The translations under genes were made by a program, and so were the position numbers. DNA of 64,000 bases from Anaeramoeba ignava BMAN. Lineage: Eukaryota > Protista > Anaeramoebae. The stretch is taken from the NCBI GenBank assembly GCA_028826165.1, contig JAPDFW010000081.1, positions 496,001 to 560,000 on the forward strand, written 5' to 3'. The notes under the pieces are model-generated. The model saw only the letters and a program-made list of their open reading frames with translations. It did no database searches and had not been told where the DNA came from. Of this stretch, positions 12,796 to 25,974 are shown one piece after another (positions within the stretch are counted from its first letter, which is position 1; every line of letters begins with the position of its first letter).

Positions 12796-15700
12796 TTATT
12801 TTTCCATCATATTTCTTGATTTCATAATAGAATCAATCCAAGTATCAATTGATTTAGCATCAGTTACAAAAGCATTAAAAGATTTTTCACCAGTATAAAT
12901 AAGAATAACATTTTTTCTCTTGAATAAACCAGTTTCGGATCTTTTAGCTTGAATAGTTGAATCCAAAAAAACAACATAAACAGGTTTATCTGATGCAGAA
13001 ATAGGTTGATGTTTAAATAGAGCAAAATAAGATCCTTTAAGCATTGAATAACGCTTTTTAAAAGCTTTACTATCAGATGAAAATAAAACCCATCCTTCTT
13101 GAATTGTTTGTTTTGTCCAATTTTGACTCCATTCTTTTAATAATTCTGATTTTGTTTTTGTATTTGATTTCTTTTGCTTTGGATCTATTTGCTCGTTTTT
13201 TTTCTCATTTTCTTTTTTATTTGCATTTGCTGATTCAAAAAATTCATCTTGATTTAAATTGTGTTGATTTTTTGCATTTAATTTTGGGTTTAATAACTCA
13301 AACTTGGGTTCTGATTCTTTTCTTCCAAGAAAAGTTTGAGTTTTTTGATAATCTGTTAATTCAGTTTTTAAATGTTGGAATGCTTTATTGAGTAAAAATA
13401 AATCTTTTGATAAATCTTCCAATTTTGGTTCCAATTGCTGAATTTTTTGAACTCCTGTTTTAGGGAAAAATTCAATATTAATATGATAAAATCCTTGAAT
13501 AAATCCTGTGATTTCATTGATAAATCCTGGATTTTCTGCCGATTGTTTGATTATTGGTTTTAATGAAATTGAACTATAACAAGATTGAATTGGATCGTTT
13601 GAATTTGGTGGATTTAAAATAAATTTTGGTATTTTCAAGTTTTCCAAATCAACTGATTCTGCGTTCTGTTATAATTTTTTTTTCCAAATTAAATTTCTTT
13701 TCCAAATGAATTGTTTTGTTTTTTGTTTAAATTATTTTTTTTTTCAAATTGAATACAGATATTTGATTCACAAATTGAGATCTTGCTGAAAAATTTCCAA
13801 TAATATCTTCATTGATTGGTTGCATATGAATTCTATTTGTTCCAAAAGTAACACCATTTGATAGAGCTTGTATAACTGTTGATAATAATAAAAGACCACG
13901 TTGAGCTTTTTGAGGTAATTGACCTTTAAAGAAAAAAGATTTTTTATTTTAAATTTTAAAATTCAAAATGAATTTTAATTTCAAAATTAATTTTAATTTC
14001 AAAATGAATTTTAATTTCAAAATGAATTTTAATTTTAATTTTAATTGAATTTTAATTTTAATTTTAATTTTAATTTCAAAATGAATTTTAATTTTAAAAT
14101 TAATTTTAATTTTATAAATAAATTTTAATTTTAATTTTGATTTTAATTTTAATTTTGATTTTAATTTTAATTTTAATTTCAAAATGAATTTAAATTTTAA
14201 TTTTAATTTTAATTTTAATTTTAATTTTGATTTGAATTTCAAAATGAATTTTAATTTTAATTTTAATTTTAATTTGAATTTTAATTTTAATTTTAATTTT
14301 AATTTTAATTTGAATTTTAATTTGAATTTAATTTTAATTTTTAATTTTAATTTTAATTTTAATTTTAATTTTAATTTTAATTTTAATTTCAATTTTAATT
14401 TTAATTTTAATTTGAATTTTAATTTGAATTTTAATTTCAAAATGAATTTTAATTTCAAAATGAATTTTAATTTTAAATTTCAAAATAAATTTTAAAATGA
14501 ATTGAATTTTAAAATGAATTAAAATATACCATTTATTAATTTAAATGAATGTGGTGAAACCATTGCAGGACAAATAAACCTTAAAAATATAAATCCACCA
14601 ACTGCAGATATAACATTATCAGGAAATCTACACATTACTTCCTTTTTCAAACAAGCAGAAATTACTCTAAAACCATCAGGAACATGTTCTGTTGAATTAA
14701 ATACAGCTTGCAAAAATTTATCCAAAAAAACTTTGATATTGCGAATATTATCTTGAATTCTTTCTCCACTTTCAAGTTGAAAAGGATCCATTTCAAATGA
14801 TAATTTTGAATCAATCAATTCTTGAGTAACAGATGAAAGAGCTTTCCCCAAATATTCATCTCCATATAAAACAGCATATTTTGACATCAATTTGGTTGAT
14901 ATATTATTTGAACGAAATAAAGATCCTGCATTTTGTGTTTTTAATACTTCTTGAATAATTGTGAATTGAATAAATAAAAGTGTGATTCCAAGTTGTTCCA
15001 ACAAATTAAACAATGCATTTGAAACTGCTTCTAATGATTCCCTGCAATTGTTTGGATCAATTGCTGCGGATAAATATTCAATATCTGTGCGTGTTAAATA
15101 TTGACCTAAAATTTCAATTCCTTTTTGACATGATTCTTCAAATTCAATGTTTTGTTCTTGATGAAATTTTTCCAGTGATTGTTGGACCAATTTCTTGGAA
15201 TCTTGCGAGATGATATTTTCAATCATCATTTGTATTGTCGGTCCTAATGAAAGTTGGATTGATTGTTCAATAATTGATTTCACTTTCTTTTGTTTTTTTT
15301 TTAAAAAAATGAATAAAAGAAAATGTAATTATTGATTTTGATTTTTCAATTCAAAAAATAATTTACAGTTTCATTTCCAGAAAAATTAACAATTTTTAAA
15401 AATTCATTCAATTCTTGTTCAATTTTTTTAAAATCCAAATAACCAAATAAATATCTTTCAAAGATTTGGAATATTCCATATTTAATTGTTTCCATTTTGA
15501 CATCTAAAATTCATCAAAATATAAAATCAAAATTAATCCAAAACCAAAAAAAAATAAAATTGGAATTAATTATTTACCATCAGCTCCAATTTCTTCAAAT
15601 TTTGGGCGAATTACTTCCTCAAATAACAAAGTACTTAAATGATTTCTGAATAATTTGGAAAACAGATAATAATGAAACAAAGATTCAATTGCGAAATATT

Positions 15701-18700
15701 CTTCGCTTTTTGTATCAGTTAAAATTCCTGAATCCATAAAGAAAAGTTTTAATGAATTCAAAGCAACAATAATACTAAGTTTGTCTGTGATTTTGAAAAT
15801 GATTTCTTTGAGATATTTGACTTTATCTTGACTAATATTTCTGGGATTGTGTGAATTGAGAATATTAATCACAGCATTCAAAAGGATTTCCTCAGAAATT
15901 TTTTCAATAAAATCCTAAATTTGTTTTTGTAAATAAAATGATTTTTTTTTCTTCATTTCTTAAATAAATATTTACAAGCTTTTGGGAATTAATTGCTCGA
16001 ATTTGATGAATAATTGTTAAAATTCCTGCAAGCCCTTTATCAGTAATTGGATATGATTTTGAGATATTTTCCAAAATATTATTCAATTTTGTTTTTAATT
16101 GTCCATATCTTGAAATCACATCTTCACTTAAATTTGAAAAAGTCAAAAGTGAAATTTGTTCCACTTTTTCTTTAAGTTTTGATTTTCTTGAATTGTGTTT
16201 TGGTTTATTTTGAATTATTTCTGTAACCGAATCAAAATGGTCGATTTTTACTGACAAACAATTTTTAACTTCTTCCAGAATTTCAGAAACTCCATTTCCA
16301 AAAGCTTTTTCTTCTTCAATTTGTTTTTTGATATAATCTGGAATTTGGGGTGTATATATTTCTGTTGGAAAATTATTTTGGGAATATTTGGGTATTTTTT
16401 CTGCTGAATTATGAAGTGGTTGTAAAGGTGTAATATTGTTATTATTGTTAATATTATTATTACTATTATTTTTCAAAACAGTTGATTTTTTATATTTTTC
16501 TTGAGAATGCTCTTTTTTTTGTGGATAATATGGTTTATTTCTAATCTCTTCATTTTGTAGTGAATTTGCATTAAATCTTGTTTTCTGATTTAAATTGTTA
16601 TGTTTTAATTGATATTGAGTAATACTTCTTCCTTGTCTCGATTCTTTTGGTTCAACATTTGGTTTAGGAAGTATTTTGGGTTGGTTTTTATTTGGTTTCG
16701 GGAATGATTTTGGTAATATTTGAGATTGTGAATGAGTTGATAATTCAGGTTTATTTGAAGGACTTTTTTGTTTTGTTGGAGATTTTTTTAAAGAATATGT
16801 ATCTGAAAATTCTTTTGAAATTGGAGATACAATTGTATTTGCTGAGCGTGACTTTTTTATAAATAAATTTTTTTACAAAATATATTAATATTATTTTTAT
16901 TATTTTTCTTTTTTTACAGTTAAATAAACAGAAGTTATTCTTTTTCTTAATGGTCTATTATCTCTTTTTGATTGTGTTTGAAATTTGGTTTGTCTTAAAT
17001 TTGGTTTCCAAACAAATAAATAAGCCAGAAATTTTTGAATTTCTTCAGCATTTCCCTTTAATTTTATAAATAATTTTATATTTAATTTTATATTTAATTT
17101 TATAATTAATTTTATAATTAATTTTATAATTAATTTTATAATTAATTTTATAATTAATTTTATAATTAATTTTATAATTAATTTTATAATTAATTTTATA
17201 ATTAATTTTATAATTAATTTTATAAATAATTTTAGAAATAATTTTATATTTAATTTTATAAATAATTTTATATTTAATTTTATATTTAATTTTATAAATA
17301 ATTTTATAAATAATTTTATAAATAATTTTATAAGTAATTTTATAAATAATTTTATTAATAATTTTATAAATAATTTTATAAATAATTTTTTATAAATAAT
17401 TTTATAAATAATTTTATAAAAATAATTTTATAAATAATTTTATAAATAATTTTATATTTAATTTTATAATTAATTTTATAAATCATTTTATATTTAATTT
17501 TATAATTAATTTTATAAATAATTCTATATTTAATTTTATAAATAATTTTATATTTAATTTTATAAATAATTTTATATTTAATTTTATAAATAATTCTATA
17601 TTTAATTTTATAAATAATTTTATATTTAATTTTATAAATAATTTTATAATTAATTTTATATATAATTTTATATTTAATTTTATATTTAATTTTATAATTA
17701 ATTTTATAATTAATTTTATATACTTCAACAATATCTTCAGGTTTACAAAAATATGAATTAAAAGATGTCTTTTCAAATAATTGAAGGAATAATTTTGCTC
17801 TTTTTAAATATTCCTTTTCTTTTAAGCAAGGCGAAAAATCAACTTCTTGTGTTAATCCATTAGCGAGTTGGCATAAAATTTTGCAATTCTATTTAATTTT
17901 AATTATAATTTTAATTATAATTTTATAAATGAATTTTAATTTTATATTTAATTTAAATTTTAATTTTAATTTAAATTTTAATTTTAATTTTAATTTTAAT
18001 TTTAATTTAAATTTTAATTTTATAATTAATTTTATAAATAATTTTAATTTTAATTTTAATTTAATTTTTGATTTTAATTTTAATTTTAATTTAAATTTTA
18101 ATTTTATAAATGAATTTTATATTTAATTTTAATTTTAATTTAAATTTATATTTAATTTATAAATAATTTTAATTTTAATTTTAATTTTAATTTTGATTTT
18201 AATTTTATAAATAATTTTATATTTTAATTTTATAAATAATTTTTATAAATAATTTTATAAATAATTTTATATTTAATTTTTTATATTTAATTTTTAATTT
18301 TAATTTTAATTTTTAATTTTAATTTTAATTTTAATTTTAATTTTAATTTTAATTTTAATTTTAATTTAAATTTTAATTTTAATTTTAATTTTAATTTTAA
18401 TTTTAATTTTAATTTTAATTTTAATTTTAATTTTGATTTAAATTTTAATTTTAATTTTAATTTTAATTTTTATTTTAATTTTAATTTTATAAATGAATTT
18501 TATATTTAATTTTAATTTTAATTTTATATTTAATTTTAATTTTAATTTTAATTTTAATTTTAATTTTAATTTTAATTTTAAATGAATTTTTCATTTGCTA
18601 TTCAAATTAAAAAAAAACGTTAAAATGAAAAAAAGTTTGTTTCTTTTTTTTTTGTTTTTGTCTTATTTTGAGAATTTGTTTTTTTTTTTCCTAACCTTAA

Positions 18701-18887
18701 AATCTTTATCAAAATTATGAATTTGTTCAGAATTTCCACTTTGTTTAAGTTGAAAATTAACCCAACGTTTTAAAAGTTCATCTGATTCAATATCTTTAAT
18801 TTTTTCATTATTAGATTTTTTTAAAATATCTGTTGCTGGATTAAAAACAACTCTTAATAAAATTCTACGCAATTCCGAAAGTGACAT
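12796..18887 (-). CDS. Calponin-homology (CH) + RasGAP + PH domain protein, multi-exon
   Basis: ELLKRWVNFQL..IHNFDKDFK (CH); LFRSNNISTKLM, GGFIFLRFICPAMVSP (RasGAP arginine-finger and FLR motifs); QEGWV..FKKRY..WIDSI (PH); exons separated by GT-AG introns on the minus strand. Confidence 0.85.
13950..14520. repeat. (AATTTT)n intronic microsatellite
   Basis: Hexamer repeat inside RasGAP intron; spurious KL/FN ORFs. Confidence 0.9.
17060..18580. repeat. Intronic 12-mer (TTTTATAAATAA-like) and AATTTT satellites flanking a CH-domain exon (~17724-17888)
   Basis: Direct reading of tandem units. Confidence 0.85.
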
Positions 18888-19032
18888 TATAATTAAAAAA
18901 GATAAAAAAAATGCAAAAAAAAAAAATGAAAACTTTTTTTTAATTTTTTTTTCTTTTTCTTTTATTAAAAAATTAGTAATTATTTGGAAAAATTAATTTT
19001 TCATTTTTTTTCTTTTATTTTTTTATTTTAAA

Positions 19033-21853
19033 ATGGATTCAAAAATTATTTTTAATGAAGATAAAAAAGTTAAAGCTGGAAATTTAGAATCTTTATTTCA
19101 ATTTTTAATTTCAAATCAAACAGAAGGTTTTTTTCCACAATTCAATCACCTATTCTCAATTTAATCATCTATTTTAATTTAATAATTTATTTCAATTTAA
19201 TAATTTATTTCAATTTAATAATTTATTTCAATTTAATAATTAATTTCAATTTAATAATTAATTTTAATTTAATAATTTATTTCAATTTAATAATTTATTT
19301 TAATTTAATAATTTATTTCAATTTAATAATTTATTTTAATTTAATAATTTATTTCAATTTAATAATTTATTTCAATTTAATAATTTATTTCAATTTAATA
19401 ATTTATTTCAATTTAATAATTAATTTTAATTTAATAATTTATTTCAATTTAATAATTTATTTCAATTTAATAATTTATTTCAATTTAATAATTAATTTCA
19501 ATTTAATAATTAATTTCAATTTAATAATTAATTTTAATTTAATAATTTATTTCAATTTAATAATTAATTTTAATTTAATAATTAATTTCAATTTAATAAT
19601 TTATTTCAATTTAATAATTTATTTCAATTTAATAATTAATTTCAATTTAATAATTTATTTCAATTTAATAATTAATTTCAATTTAATAATTAATTTTAAT
19701 TTAATAATTTATTTCAATTTAATAATTAATTTCAATTTAATAATTTATTTCAATTTAATAATTAATTTCAAATTTAATAATTAATTTCAATTTAATAATT
19801 AATTTCAATTTAATAATTTAATTCAATTCAATTAATAATTTATTTCAATTTAATAATTTATTTCAATTTAATAATTTATTTCAATTTAATAATTTATTTT
19901 AATTTAATAATTTATTTCAATTTAATCATCTATTTCAATTTAATAATTAATTTAAATTTAATAATTTATTTCAATTTAATAATTTATTTCAATTTAATAA
20001 TTTATTTTTAATTTAATAATTAATTTCAATTTAATAATTATTTTTTAATTTAATAATTTATTTCAATTTAATAATTAATTTCAATTTAATAATTTATTTC
20101 AATTTAATAATTTATTTCAATTTAATAATTAATTTCAATTTAATAATTTATTTCAATTTAATAATTTATTTCAATTTAATCATCTATTTCAATTTAATAA
20201 TTAATTTCAATTTAATAATTTATTTCAATTTAATAATTTATTTTTTTAAATTTGTTTTAATTTAATAATTAATTTCAATTTTAATAATTTATTTCAATTT
20301 AATAATTAATTTTAATTTAATAATTTATTTCAATTTAATAATTTATTTCAATTTAATAATTTATTTCAATTTAATAATTTATTTCAATTTAATAATTTAT
20401 TTCAATTTAATAATTAATTTTAATTTAATAATTTATTTCAATTTAATAATTTATTTTAATTTAATAATTTATTTTAATTTAATAATTTATTTCAATTTAA
20501 TAATTTATTTCAATTTAATAATTTATTTCAATTTAATAGTTTATTTAAATTTAATAATTAATTTCTTTAAATTTGTTTTAAATTTCTTTTAAATTTGTTT
20601 TAAATTTGTTTTAAATTTAATAATTAATTTTGGTAAATTTATTTTGATTTAGATCAAGATTTTATTAAAGTTTTTCTATTAGAACATCAAAGTTTTATTT
20701 CTTCAACTTCTTTATTGGAAAAATTTCTATCAATTCTTCAAGATGAAAATGTTCAAAAAAATAATAATTCACTTTTAAAAAAAATTTTAGATATTATTAT
20801 TTTTTGGATGGATTTTTGTCCTTTTAATTGGAATTTTGGATCAGAATTAATTCAAATGTTAGATTCATTTACAGAAAAAAAATTATTTGCAATTAATCAA
20901 GAATTTTATTCAATTTTACACGAAAAAATTGAGAAATTTAAATCACCTCATTTTCGTTCTTTTTATTTTTCAGATTTATCAAAACAAAATTTCATCAAAT
21001 TCTTCAACAATCAAATCAAATTGTGAAAAATTTAGAAATGAATCTCCAAAAAAAAAACCAAAAAATCAAAACCAAAAAATCAAATTCAAAAAAAAAAAAA
21101 CAAATTGAATTGAATGATAATTTTAATCAAGAAAATATCTTTGAATTAGAACCAATGGAAATAGCAAAACAACTGACAATTTTTGAATATGATTTATTTT
21201 GTGAAATTGGAGTTTCGGAATTTTTTAATAATGCTTGGTATAGAACAACAAAATTTGAAAAATCACCGAATATTGTGAGAATTATTGATCATTTCAATTC
21301 CCTTTCAAAATTTATTTCTACTCAAATCATCCAAAAACAAAATTTGAAAGAAAGAGTGAAAATTGTTGATTCAATTATTATGACAGTAACTCATTTAGTT
21401 GAAATGAGAAATTTCAATACTACAGTTGCATTTTTAGCAGGATTGAATAGTTCTTCTGTTTATCGATTAAAAAGAACTTTTGAAAAATTATCTGAAAAAA
21501 CAATGAAGAAATTTGAAGAAATTAAAGAAATGTTTAAAGCTGATAAAGCTTATTCTAATTTAAGATTTGAAATGAAAAAATCTCAAAAACCTTTTATTCC
21601 TTATTTGGGTTTATTTTTAACAGATTTAACTTTTATTCATGAAGGAAATCCTGATTCATTGAATGATTTAATTAATTTTACAAAATTAAGATTTGAATAC
21701 AATGTTTTAACTGAATTTTATTCTGGTTTGGATGGAAATTTTGATTTTATTCCAATTCCTCAATTTCAAAGAATTCTTTATCTTGGTTTAAAAGGTATTT
21801 CAGAAAGAAAACAATATGATCTATCTTTAAAAATTGAACCAAGAAAAAGATAA
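19033..21853 (+). CDS. Ras guanine nucleotide exchange factor (REM + CDC25 domains); exons 19033-19126, 20653-21853
   Basis: VKAGNLESL..DQDFIKVFLL (REM); EIAKQLT, NFNT..AGL, RLKRT, PFIPYLGLFLTDLTFIHEGNP, INFTK (CDC25); one apparent frameshift near 21000. Confidence 0.9.
19160..20560. repeat. 18-bp minisatellite (TTTATTTCAATTTAATAA)n filling RasGEF intron
   Basis: Dozens of near-identical 18-nt units. Confidence 0.9.
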
Positions 21854-22161
21854 TTTTTTTTTTTAAATTCAATTCAATTTTAAAAAAAAAAAGATTAATA
21901 AAATTTTTAAGAGAAAAGAATTTATTTGAATTTGAATTTAAAAGAAAAAAGAATTTGAATTTGAATTTGAATTTAAAAGAAAAAAAGAATTTGAATTTGA
22001 ATTTGAATTTAAATTTGAATTTGAATTTGAATTTGAATTGAATTTAAAAGAAAAAAGAAAAGAATTTGAATTTGTTTTTAAATTTGAATTTGAATTTGAA
22101 TTTGAATTTGAATTTGAATTTGAATTTGAATTTGAATTTGAATTTGAATTTGAATTTGTTT

Positions 22162-25100
22162 TTAAATTTTCATTAATTTAAAAAGTTGATCAATTTTATA
22201 ATTAACCCAATTTAAATGAGGCATTCTTTTCCATTGTTCTGGAATTTTAGAATAACCAATTCTACAACCTAATAAAGCACCAACAACAGCACCACTAAAT
22301 AAATTAAAAAATTAAATTAAAAAAATAAATTAAAAATAAATTAAAAAATTAAATTAAATTAAAAAATTAAATTAAAAAATTAAATTAAAAAAAAAGTGGA
22401 ACAAATTTTGCAGGCAAAAAATAAAATTAAAAATAAATTAAATAAAAATAAAATAAATTAAAAATATTTTAAGTATTTTAAATAAATATTACTTTGTATC
22501 TGCATCTCCTGCTTCCATTGTCATTTCTGTTAATAATTGAGAAAAATCTTCAGGTTCTTCCAAAGATCTTAAAGCAAAAAATCCAGATCCAACAGCTTTC
22601 AAAGTATATCCTATCTTTCTTGGTTCATCAAGTTTTAATTCACTCCAAGATTTCATATTCATATATTCTTGAAACGCTTTAAGTCGAGATTCATTTTCAT
22701 ATTCTTTTTGTTCAAATTCTTTTTCTCCAAATTCAATAGATTTCTGAATAATTTTCTGGATATCATCTTCTCCTTGAAGCATTAAAGCAATCGCAGATGT
22801 TGTTGCAATACAACTTGCTCTACAACGAGAATCATAATGAGTTACTTTTCCAATTTTGAGAGCATTTTGATGAACAATTTGAAGATCATGAAAATTTGGA
22901 ATTCCAAGAACTGATGTTCTCATTACAGCTCCATTAGCAGCAGCATTTTTATTCATTTCTTTCCCAAACGTTTTTTGCACATGAATGTGGATCTTCCAAA
23001 AATCCAGGCGATTCAACAACAGATGCAAACAGTACCGCCAAGACCCATTCCAATCTGAATCACCAACTTCTCTAAATCCATTTTCAATCCAATGAACAAG
23101 TCTTTTTGCAAAATCTTGCTCAATAACTTTCCCTTTATTTGCTAGAATTCCATCGAGAATTAAAAGCATTTGATCAGAATCATCTGTCCAATCTCCTTCA
23201 ATCCACGCTGAACGATGTCCATCATTTAAAAATTTTTCATAATCAAAATATTCAAAATCATAATTATAAGATGAAGTGTATTTATCCAAAAATTCAGTTG
23301 CTAACCCAACAGCATCTCCAATACAATTCCCAATAATTGTTCCTCTTATTTTATCTTTCAACTCTTCTATTGATAATTTTGTTGCGTTTTTTGGCATAAC
23401 AATAAATGATTCATTTTTTTCATCCTTTTCATCTAAATTTATAATAATATCTTTTTTTTCATTTGAATCAATAATAATTTCGTTTTTTTCATTTGAATCA
23501 TTTGAATTTTCAATAATAATTTCTTGTTTTTCATCCAAATTATTTGAATTATTTGAATTTTCAATAATAATTTCTTTTTCTTCTTCTTTTCTTAAAGGAA
23601 ATAAATAGTTCAATAATTTTTTCATTCCTGATTCAACAATTTTTGTATCATTTTCATTCATTGGATTATTATCTAACCAAATTCTTTTCAATGGTTTTTG
23701 CAATTTCTTTAATCCATTTGGTATTTCTTTAAGTTGATTATAAGCCAAATAAATTCTTTCAAGATTTGGAAGTTGAGTTGAAATTTCATCAGGAATTTCT
23801 TTCAGTTTTGTTCCAGTTAAATCTAATAAATTAATACTTTTCAATTCTAATAATTCTTTTGGAAATTCACGAAATGGATTATATCTTAACCAAAGTTCTT
23901 TTAAATTATCCTTTAAATTTGCAATATTTTTTGGAATAGTTGAAATTTTATTTGAATTCCATCGAAGAATTTCTAATGAAGTTAATTGTTGAATTTCATC
24001 AGGAATTGATACTTCATTATCACTTAAATCTAATTTCTTGATTTTCTTCAAAGATAAAATTGATTTTGGAAAGGAATTGAAACGATTATGAGATAAATCA
24101 ATTTCTGATAATTGATTTTCCTATTAAATAATAAATATTAAATAAATAATAAATAAATAAATAATAAATAAATAAATAATAAAATTAAAAATAAAATAAA
24201 TATAAATAAATATTAAAATAAATAAATAAATAAATATTAAAAATAAATATTAAATATTAAATATTAAATAAATATTAAATAAATATTAAATATTAAATAA
24301 ATATTAAATAAATATTAAATAAATATTAAATATTAAATATTAAATATTAAATATTAAATAAATATTAAATAAATATTAAATAATTAAATATTAAATAAAT
24401 ACATCGTCTTCAGAAATTCTAAAATTGGAAATTGAATTATAAGCAAGATTTAAAGTTTGTAATTTTGAAAGTTTTTTAAGATTTAATTCAACTTTTTGTA
24501 TTCTATTGCTTGATAAATTAATATGTTCTAAATTTGTTAAGTTTTCAAAATTTTTTGATAATTCATAGATTGAATTCTTTTTTAAATCAATAAAACGAAT
24601 ATTAGTTGAGTTCAAAATACAATCAGGAATAATTGATAATGAGCTTCTTCTAGCATAAAAATGAGTAAGATTTGGAAAGTTTGATTCTTCATCAAATTGA
24701 GAAAGAGAATTATTTGAAATATCAAGAATTTCTAATTTAGGTAAATTCTTTTAAATAAATTAAAATTAAAATTTATTTTGAAATTAAAATTGATATTAAA
24801 ATTAATATTAAAATTAAAATTAAAATTAAAATTAAAATTAAAATTAAAATTAAAATTAAAATTAAAATTATAATTAAAATTAAAATTAAAATTAAAATTA
24901 AAATTAAAATTAAAATTAAAATTAAAATTAAAAATAAAATTAAAATTTAATTAAAATTTTTTAAAAATTAAAAAAAATTTAATTTTTAAAATTAAAATTA
25001 TTAAAAATAAAAATTAAAATTAAAATTAAAAATTAAAATTAAAATTAAAATTAAAATTAAAATTAAAATTAAAAATTAAAAATAAAATTAAAAATTAAAT

Positions 25101-25866
25101 CCAAAAATTAAAATTTAAAATTAGGTTTATTAAAAATTAAAATAAATTAAAATTAAAAATTAAAAATTAAAATTAAAATTAAAATTAAAATTAAAATTAA
25201 AATTAAAATTAAAATTAAAATTAAAATTAAAATTAAAATTAAAATTAAAATTAAAAATTAAAATTAAAATTAAAATTAAAATTAAATATTAATTTTTAAA
25301 ATTAAAAATTAAAAAAATTAAAATTAAAATTTAATATAAATTAAAATTCATTTTTAAAATTTAAATTAAAATTAAAATTAAAATTAAAATTAAAATTAAA
25401 ATTAAAATTAAAATTAAAATTAAAATTAAAATTAAAATTAAAATTAAAATCAAAATTAAAATTAAAATTAAAATTAAAATTAAAATTAAAATTAAAATTA
25501 AATTTATAATTAAAATTAAATTATTATTATAATATAAATTAAAATGATTGAAAATAAAGTTCTAATTTTTACTTCAGTTAAACCTTTTGGTAAAGAGGAA
25601 AAAAAATTATTATTAATTTTTAAAACACGTAATTCTTTTAATTTAAAAATTAAATCAAAAAAAATTTGATGAGAAGAAAGTTGATTAAATCCAAGGTTTA
25701 AAATTTGAATTGGAGGTTTATGTGAAATAATTTCATTGCAAATTTCAATTGGAATTTTAGTTTTTCCAATTCTTGATAAATCAACATTAATAATTTCATT
25801 TTTTTCATTAGTTTTATATTTAATTTTAACTTCTTTTCCTGAATCTTTTGGTTCTGAATTTCCCAT
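22162..25866 (-). CDS. Putatively N-myristoylated LRR + ADP-ribosylglycohydrolase (ARH/DraG family) protein, 4 exons
   Basis: MGNSE N-terminus; many LxxLxLxxNxI repeats; GNCIGDAVG, GDWTDDSDQ, AANGAVMR, VTHYD, GDADT|NGAVVGALLG ARH motifs; compensating indels near 22960-23060. Confidence 0.85.
24755..25515. repeat. (AAAATT)n intronic microsatellite
   Basis: Hexamer repeat within intron 1 of the LRR-ARH gene. Confidence 0.9.
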
Positions 25867-25974
25867 TTTTTTTTTTAAAGAAAAAAGAAAAAAGAAAAAA
25901 TGAATTTTTTAATTTTCATTTTTTTTCATTTTTAAATTTAAATTCAAATTCAAATTCAAATTCAAAATTTTAAA

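Noticed and set aside
19160-20560. 18-bp tandem array as a CRISPR or telomeric repeat
   Set aside because: No unique spacers, no cas genes, no G-rich strand; it lies inside a GT-AG intron.
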